Assembly: GCA_021779335.1 (NCBI GenBank)
Contig: JAJYAW010000001.1
Coordinates: 1 to 37,762 of the forward strand
Length of the DNA stretch: 37,762 nt
Direction: 5' to 3'
From: Myxococcales bacterium
GTDB lineage: Bacteria; Myxococcota; Myxococcia; Myxococcales; Anaeromyxobacteraceae
Below the pieces are notes generated by a model. That model saw only the letters and a program-made list of their open reading frames with translations, did not search any database and was not told where the DNA came from. The stretch's first letter is position 1. Every line of letters begins with the position of its first letter. The position numbers were made by a program, and so were the translations under genes. Shown piece by piece: positions 33,800 through 37,762 of the stretch.

Positions 33800-36139
33800 C
33801 TAGAACGAGCCCTGCACCCCCAGCGAAGGCGCGAGCGCCCAGCGCGCGCGCTGCCCGGTCCGGATCGCCGGATAGGACTCCAGGAGGAGCTGGAGGCGGA
33901 GGAAGTCGAGGACCGAGAGGGCGAGCCCGGCCTCGACGACCGGCCGAGTGCACGAGGCGGGATCGCGCGAGGCGAGGTCGCAGCGGTCGCGCCCGAGCCG
34001 ATCGGCCGGCGCCAGCACCCAGCCGCCCCGCAGGATCACGGAAGGCTGCAGGAGGGTGGACGAGCGCCGGCGTGGGCGGAGCTCGAGCCCGGCCAGGATC
34101 GCCGGCGCGAACGGCGCCTGGTCGGAGGAGAGGGCGGCGAAGGCACCGTGGAGCTCGAGCGCCGCGTGCAGCCGGACCATGGCGTCGCGCCGGTCGGTGA
34201 GCGCCCGGCTCACGCCCAGCTCGACGTCCCGCCCCAGCGAGAGCCAGCCGAGGCCGGCAGGCGGCTGGTAGGCGAGGTCGTCGGCCGCGAGCTCGCCGAT
34301 GGTCCCGACCAGGAACCGCTCGTGCGGGGTCGGCTGCGCGGCAGCCAACGCCTGGACCACCTCCCCGATCCGCTCGCGGAGCCGGGCCAGGGCCTCCCGC
34401 CCGTCCGCCGGAGCGAGGCCGGTGTCGCGCCACCAGAAGTGCAGGGCGGCCAGGAGGCGCGTCACGTGGGCCATCTCGTCCTCATCTGGCCGACGGCGCC
34501 ACTCGACCCGGTCCGCCCCCTCGACGCCGGGCAGCAGCACCGGCGGCTGGCCGCGCCATGCCGCCAGGCAGCGGGCATCGACCGGCGGCCGCGCGCCGGG
34601 CAGGCTCGTGGGCGGCGGCGCGCAGTCGTCCCAGAGGCGGAAGAGCGAGGACTGTGCCAGGATCCGGAGCCCGTCGAAGTGCTGGCCAGCGCAGCTCCCC
34701 GCCGGGTCCGGCCCCTCGCCGAGGAGGCCCCTCAGGCAGGCCAGGTCGCCCCACCCCGGCGCGCCCGCCTCGTCGGGGAGGGCGAGCCACGCCACCGGAT
34801 CGGTCCGGCGCATGGAGGGGAGGACCGACTCCTCCACCATGCGGCGGACGTGATACATGCCCAGGTTGAAGTCATAGCGCCGGAACGCCTCCTCGAAGAA
34901 GCCGAGGAAGGCGAATAGCGGCGCGCCCGCCGCCGGCTCGCGGCGCAGCGGCAGGACGATCCGCTCCGCGATGAGCGGGTACTCCTCGAGGATGGCGCTC
35001 AGGTTCTTGGCGCGGGCGGTGGCGAGGACGCCGTCCAGCAGCTCGCGCAGCAGGCCTGGGATCGAGCCGGCCGCCCGCCCCGACGAGCGCTCCTCCGGCC
35101 GCGGATAGGAGGCGGCATCCGGCGACACGTAGACGAAGAGGAGCCGGGGCGGCGCCGCCCAGCCGCCGAGCCGTGGGGCGTCGAGCCAGCGGAGCCCGCC
35201 CGCCCCGTCGTCGCGCAGCCCTCCGGCGGCCAGCCTGGCCGCGAGCCGGAGCGGCGTGTTGTCGAGGATCCCGCCGTCCACGAAGAGCGCCTCCTCGGCG
35301 GCGGCCGGCGGGCAGCGCGGTGCCGCCCCGCCGCCCCCGGCGAAGACGCAGTGACGGAGCGGCTGGGGGGCGTAGGCCACCGGAAAGGCGGTGGAGGCGA
35401 AGAGGAGGTCGCGGAGCGACTCGTACGGGATCTCTCCGTCCGGCCCCTCGGGCAGGAGCACCTTCTCGAACGGCCAGTCGGGATCGACGTAGTTCACCAG
35501 GCTGGGTGGCCGGCCCGGTCCGCGGCCGCGGATGCGCAGCGTGAACTTCTCGTCCACGTGGGGGATGGCGAGGCCGCCCGCCGGCCGCGGCGCCGACCGC
35601 GGGGTCACCCGCGTCACGGACACCCCGAGCACGACGTCGCAGCGGGCGTCGAGCCCCGCGTCCCACCGCGCCCGGAGCCGGTCGGCGACGCCGCGCAGCC
35701 AGCTTCTGTCGAAGGCGCCGCTCGGGCCCCCGGGGTGCCGCCGGCTCCAGAGCTTGTCGAAGCCGAGCGGAATCCAGGTGTTCCAAAAGATCCCCTCCTC
35801 GGGTGCGACGGGCCTGCCGTCCAGGGCGCAGGCGGACAGGATGGCGATGAACCCGTTGACCGAGCCCGCCGAGGCGCCGGTGACGAGGCGCGGCTCGCGC
35901 AGGCCTGGGTTGGCCTTCATGAGCTCCACCATGTAGTGGAGCATCCCGGCCTCGTAGGCGCCGAGGGAGACGCCCCCGGCGACCGTGAAGGCGATCGGCA
36001 CCGGGCGCCGGGGCTGGCCCGTCGCGTCCCCGGCCGGTCCGGTCCCGGGACCTGGTCCCGCCCCTCGGACCGGCGCCGGCGCCAACGCGGCCAGGGCGGC
36101 TGCGAGCACCGCGGCGAGGCGAGACCGCGACGCTGGCAT
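33800..36139 (-). CDS. Secreted patatin-like phospholipase family protein (large, ~779 aa)
   Basis: ATG at 36139 gives signal peptide MPASRSRLAAVLAAALAALAPAPVRGA. Oxyanion GGVSLGAY, nucleophile elbow GASAGS (GxSxG) and catalytic FVDGGILDN (DGG) are present. There is a long C-terminal region of unknown function. Confidence 0.85.
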   Translation of the reverse strand: MPASRSRLAAVLAAALAALAPAPVRGAGPGPGTGPAGDATGQPRRPVPIAFTVAGGVSLGAYEAGMLHYMVELMKANPGLREPRLVTGASAGSVNGFIAILSACALDGRPVAPEEGIFWNTWIPLGFDKLWSRRHPGGPSGAFDRSWLRGVADRLRARWDAGLDARCDVVLGVSVTRVTPRSAPRPAGGLAIPHVDEKFTLRIRGRGPGRPPSLVNYVDPDWPFEKVLLPEGPDGEIPYESLRDLLFASTAFPVAYAPQPLRHCVFAGGGGAAPRCPPAAAEEALFVDGGILDNTPLRLAARLAAGGLRDDGAGGLRWLDAPRLGGWAAPPRLLFVYVSPDAASYPRPEERSSGRAAGSIPGLLRELLDGVLATARAKNLSAILEEYPLIAERIVLPLRREPAAGAPLFAFLGFFEEAFRRYDFNLGMYHVRRMVEESVLPSMRRTDPVAWLALPDEAGAPGWGDLACLRGLLGEGPDPAGSCAGQHFDGLRILAQSSLFRLWDDCAPPPTSLPGARPPVDARCLAAWRGQPPVLLPGVEGADRVEWRRRPDEDEMAHVTRLLAALHFWWRDTGLAPADGREALARLRERIGEVVQALAAAQPTPHERFLVGTIGELAADDLAYQPPAGLGWLSLGRDVELGVSRALTDRRDAMVRLHAALELHGAFAALSSDQAPFAPAILAGLELRPRRRSSTLLQPSVILRGGWVLAPADRLGRDRCDLASRDPASCTRPVVEAGLALSVLDFLRLQLLLESYPAIRTGQRARWALAPSLGVQGSF

Positions 36140-36204
36140 GGACCCCTCGGGGCACTTCGACGGGACCCCTACTTCACGCGGCGGCGCCACGAGGCAGCCA
36201 CGCC

Positions 36205-36666
36205 TCAGGGCGCGCGGCGCCACCCAGCCCAGCGGGGCACGCCCATCGCGTCACGCAACTGGAGCACCTGGTCGCCCTTCCGGATCGAGGCAGCCAGGAG
36301 CACCTGCTTCCCGTCCACCGCGACGCGCGAGCCCTCGACCTCGACGCCGTCGCCCTTGGCGAAGCTGAGCTCCTGGTTCTCGAGGAACCACACCGGAGCA
36401 AGGTGGACGGCCACCTGGGCGGTCGTGGTCCTGACCACCAGCTCGACGCCGGGGGACATCCCGCGCAGCGGGGTGGTCTTGCGGATCTCGAGGATCTCAC
36501 CAGCCACCCTCTCGACCTTCGCCGGGTCGTAGAGGCGGGCGTAGGCGCCGCCCGGTCCCCAGCCCTGGGCCCCGCGCCAGCGGAACCCCTGCGCAGCGCT
36601 GTTCGTGGGGACGACCGAGAACAGGACCACAGCGGTCGACAGCGACAGCATCACGTGTGGCTTCAT
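36205..36666 (-). CDS. Small secreted beta-rich protein (153 aa), family not confidently recognised
   Basis: ATG at 36666 with strong SD GGGAGGAG. Signal peptide MKPHVMLSLSTAVVLFSVVPTNSAAQ. G/C-rich third positions. Lies 65 bp upstream of the patatin gene on the same strand. Confidence 0.7.
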   Translation of the reverse strand: MKPHVMLSLSTAVVLFSVVPTNSAAQGFRWRGAQGWGPGGAYARLYDPAKVERVAGEILEIRKTTPLRGMSPGVELVVRTTTAQVAVHLAPVWFLENQELSFAKGDGVEVEGSRVAVDGKQVLLAASIRKGDQVLQLRDAMGVPRWAGWRRAP

Positions 36667-36828
36667 TTGACTCCTCCCTGCTTCCATCAAATCCGTCCCG
36701 GAGGCACCGGAGTACGTCATCGCGGGGTGACACCGAGGCGTGCGACCGCCTGGATCCCGAGGAGATCCTCCTGGGCTTGCGGCCAGATGGCGGCTTCCCG
36801 CGCCGCGCGGGTGCGGGTCGAAAGCGGC

Positions 36829-36862
36829 GCCCGTTGACCGCAGGCAACGCCCGGCCGGCCAG
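36829..36862 (+). repeat. Copy C of the ~34-nt intergenic element (GCCC GTTGACCGCAGGCAACG ...; third block not conserved)
   Basis: Read directly. 17-nt core at 36833-36849, with perfect 5-bp arms CGTTG/CAACG. Confidence 0.6.
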
Positions 36863-36892
36863 CCGTTCGCGGGCGCTGGACCGGGGCGCCGC

Positions 36893-36926
36893 GGCCATTG
36901 ACCGCACTCAACGCGCGGTGGATCGC
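36893..36926 (+). repeat. Copy D of the ~34-nt intergenic element (GGCC ATTGACCGCACTCAACG CGCGGTGG ATCGC)
   Basis: Read directly, 64 bp after copy C. Both lie in the 352-bp divergent region between 36666 (minus) and 37019 (plus). Confidence 0.65.
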
Positions 36927-37018
36927 CGATGCGTTCCGGCGCGCGCCGGCTCAGATCGTGGGACAGCTCTGGCGCAGCTCCGGGATGTCCAGTCCATCGC
37001 CGCGCAGGAAGGGAACCC

Positions 37019-37762
37019 ATGCCGCAGATCACGAAGCGCCTCGACCGCCACCGGGCGCCCGGCCTCGCCCTCCGCCTCGCCCTCGCGGCCGGCGTCGCGG
37101 CCGCGGCGGGGCCGGCCAGGGGCGAGCCGCTCACCCTCGACCAGGCGGTGACCCGCGCGCTCGCCGCCAACCCCTCGGTCCGCGCGGCCCGGCTCGACGC
37201 CCTGGGCGCCCGCGCCCGCACCGGCCAGGCCTACGCGCGCCACCTCGGCGACCTCGACCTGGTGGGGAGCGCCAGCCGCTTCGAGGGGGCCCGGCTCGTC
37301 AAGCCCATCACCGGGCCGCTCAACCCGGCCGCCATCGGCGGGCTGCCCTTCGACCGCGACCAGCTCCACTACGGCGTCGCCTGGCAGCTCCCGCTCTTCG
37401 CCGGCGGGGCGCTGGTCCAGGGGGACCGCTCGGCGCGCGCCGCGGAGCGGGCGGCCGACCACCAGGCCGCGCGGGCGCGCCAGGAGACCTGGTTCGCGGT
37501 CCGCTCCACCTACCGCGCCGCGCTCGGGCTCGGCCACGCGCTGGCGGCGGCGGAGGCCTACCAGCAGGCCCTGACCCAGGACGAGGCCTCGGCCCGGCTC
37601 AAGGTCGAGACCGAGGCCTGGTCCAGCGCCGACGGCGCCAAGGTGGAGTTCGCCCTCGCCAGCGCGCGGGCCAGGCGCGCGGCCCTGGCCGCCCAGCGGC
37701 GGGCCGTGCTGGGCCAGCTGGCGGCGCTCCTGGGCGACGACCCCGGCGCGGCCGCCTACGAG
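37019..37762 (+). CDS. TolC-family outer-membrane efflux protein, 3' end outside window
   Basis: ATG at 37019 after AGGAAGGGA. MPQITKRLDRHRAPGLALRLALAAGVAAAAGPARGEPLTLDQAVTRALAANPSVRAARLD... has a typical TolC/OMF N-terminus and coiled-coil repeats. The frame is open to the window end. Absent from the track because there is no stop. Confidence 0.8.
   Translation, partial: MPQITKRLDRHRAPGLALRLALAAGVAAAAGPARGEPLTLDQAVTRALAANPSVRAARLDALGARARTGQAYARHLGDLDLVGSASRFEGARLVKPITGPLNPAAIGGLPFDRDQLHYGVAWQLPLFAGGALVQGDRSARAAERAADHQAARARQETWFAVRSTYRAALGLGHALAAAEAYQQALTQDEASARLKVETEAWSSADGAKVEFALASARARRAALAAQRRAVLGQLAALLGDDPGAAAYE

Noticed and set aside
33800-34400. Possibility that the patatin protein is a type Vd (PlpD-like) autotransporter, because it ends in ...GVQGSF.
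   Set aside because: The region after the patatin domain looks largely helical and Arg/Ala-rich. The strand-like C-terminal stretch is too short for a POTRA domain plus a 16-strand barrel. A terminal Phe alone is insufficient.
1-37762. CRISPR arrays, tRNA/rRNA genes, IS elements, integrases, phage genes, toxin-antitoxin or defence-system signatures.
   Set aside because: No spaced direct repeats, cloverleaf-like segments or transposase/integrase-like translations were seen in any frame. The window appears to be a chromosomal respiration/resistance region rather than a mobile island.

Overview
Very GC-rich bacterial chromosomal segment; third codon positions are almost all G/C. Gene content resembles an anaerobic Myxococcota/Deltaproteobacteria-type organism such as Anaeromyxobacter, but that is inference only. 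I support 35 protein-coding genes (one split by an in-frame TGA) and see no rRNA, tRNA, CRISPR, transposase or integrase. Many long ORFs in the track are antisense or out-of-frame shadows of real genes and are ignored. Layout: (i) 1-3566, a sulfur/thiol set: methyltransferase fragment, YeiH-family exporter, SQR-like flavoprotein, GST, membrane-anchored thioredoxin. (ii) 3604-14909, a LysR regulator divergent from a 10-gene operon. It encodes a rhodanese lipoprotein, an outer-membrane porin, a 76-aa periplasmic protein, a pentaheme cytochrome interrupted by an in-frame TGA, 12-heme and 10-heme cytochromes, and a complete Rieske/split-cytochrome-b/tetraheme-c complex. I count 31 CxxCH motifs. 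Its first four genes mirror Geobacter extHIJK. (iii) 14933-17577 (minus), periplasmic rhodanese plus arsC-acr3-arsR. (iv) 17827-20806, TauE permease and two FmdE/Zn-ribbon paralogs flanking a CDF transporter. (v) 20923-27009 (minus), czcCBA-type heavy-metal RND system headed by a small His/Cys-rich protein. (vi) 27166-32986 (minus), a second RND system in the order permease-adaptor-OMF. (vii) 33143-37762, ferredoxin-like protein, patatin-like lipase, small secreted protein, partial TolC-family gene. Main leads: the Ext-like operon with its own Rieske/cyt b module; a candidate selenocysteine UGA with a SECIS-like hairpin; matching C-terminal Gly-Cys tails on two proteins of that operon; and a ~34-nt element present in six copies confined to intergenic regions.
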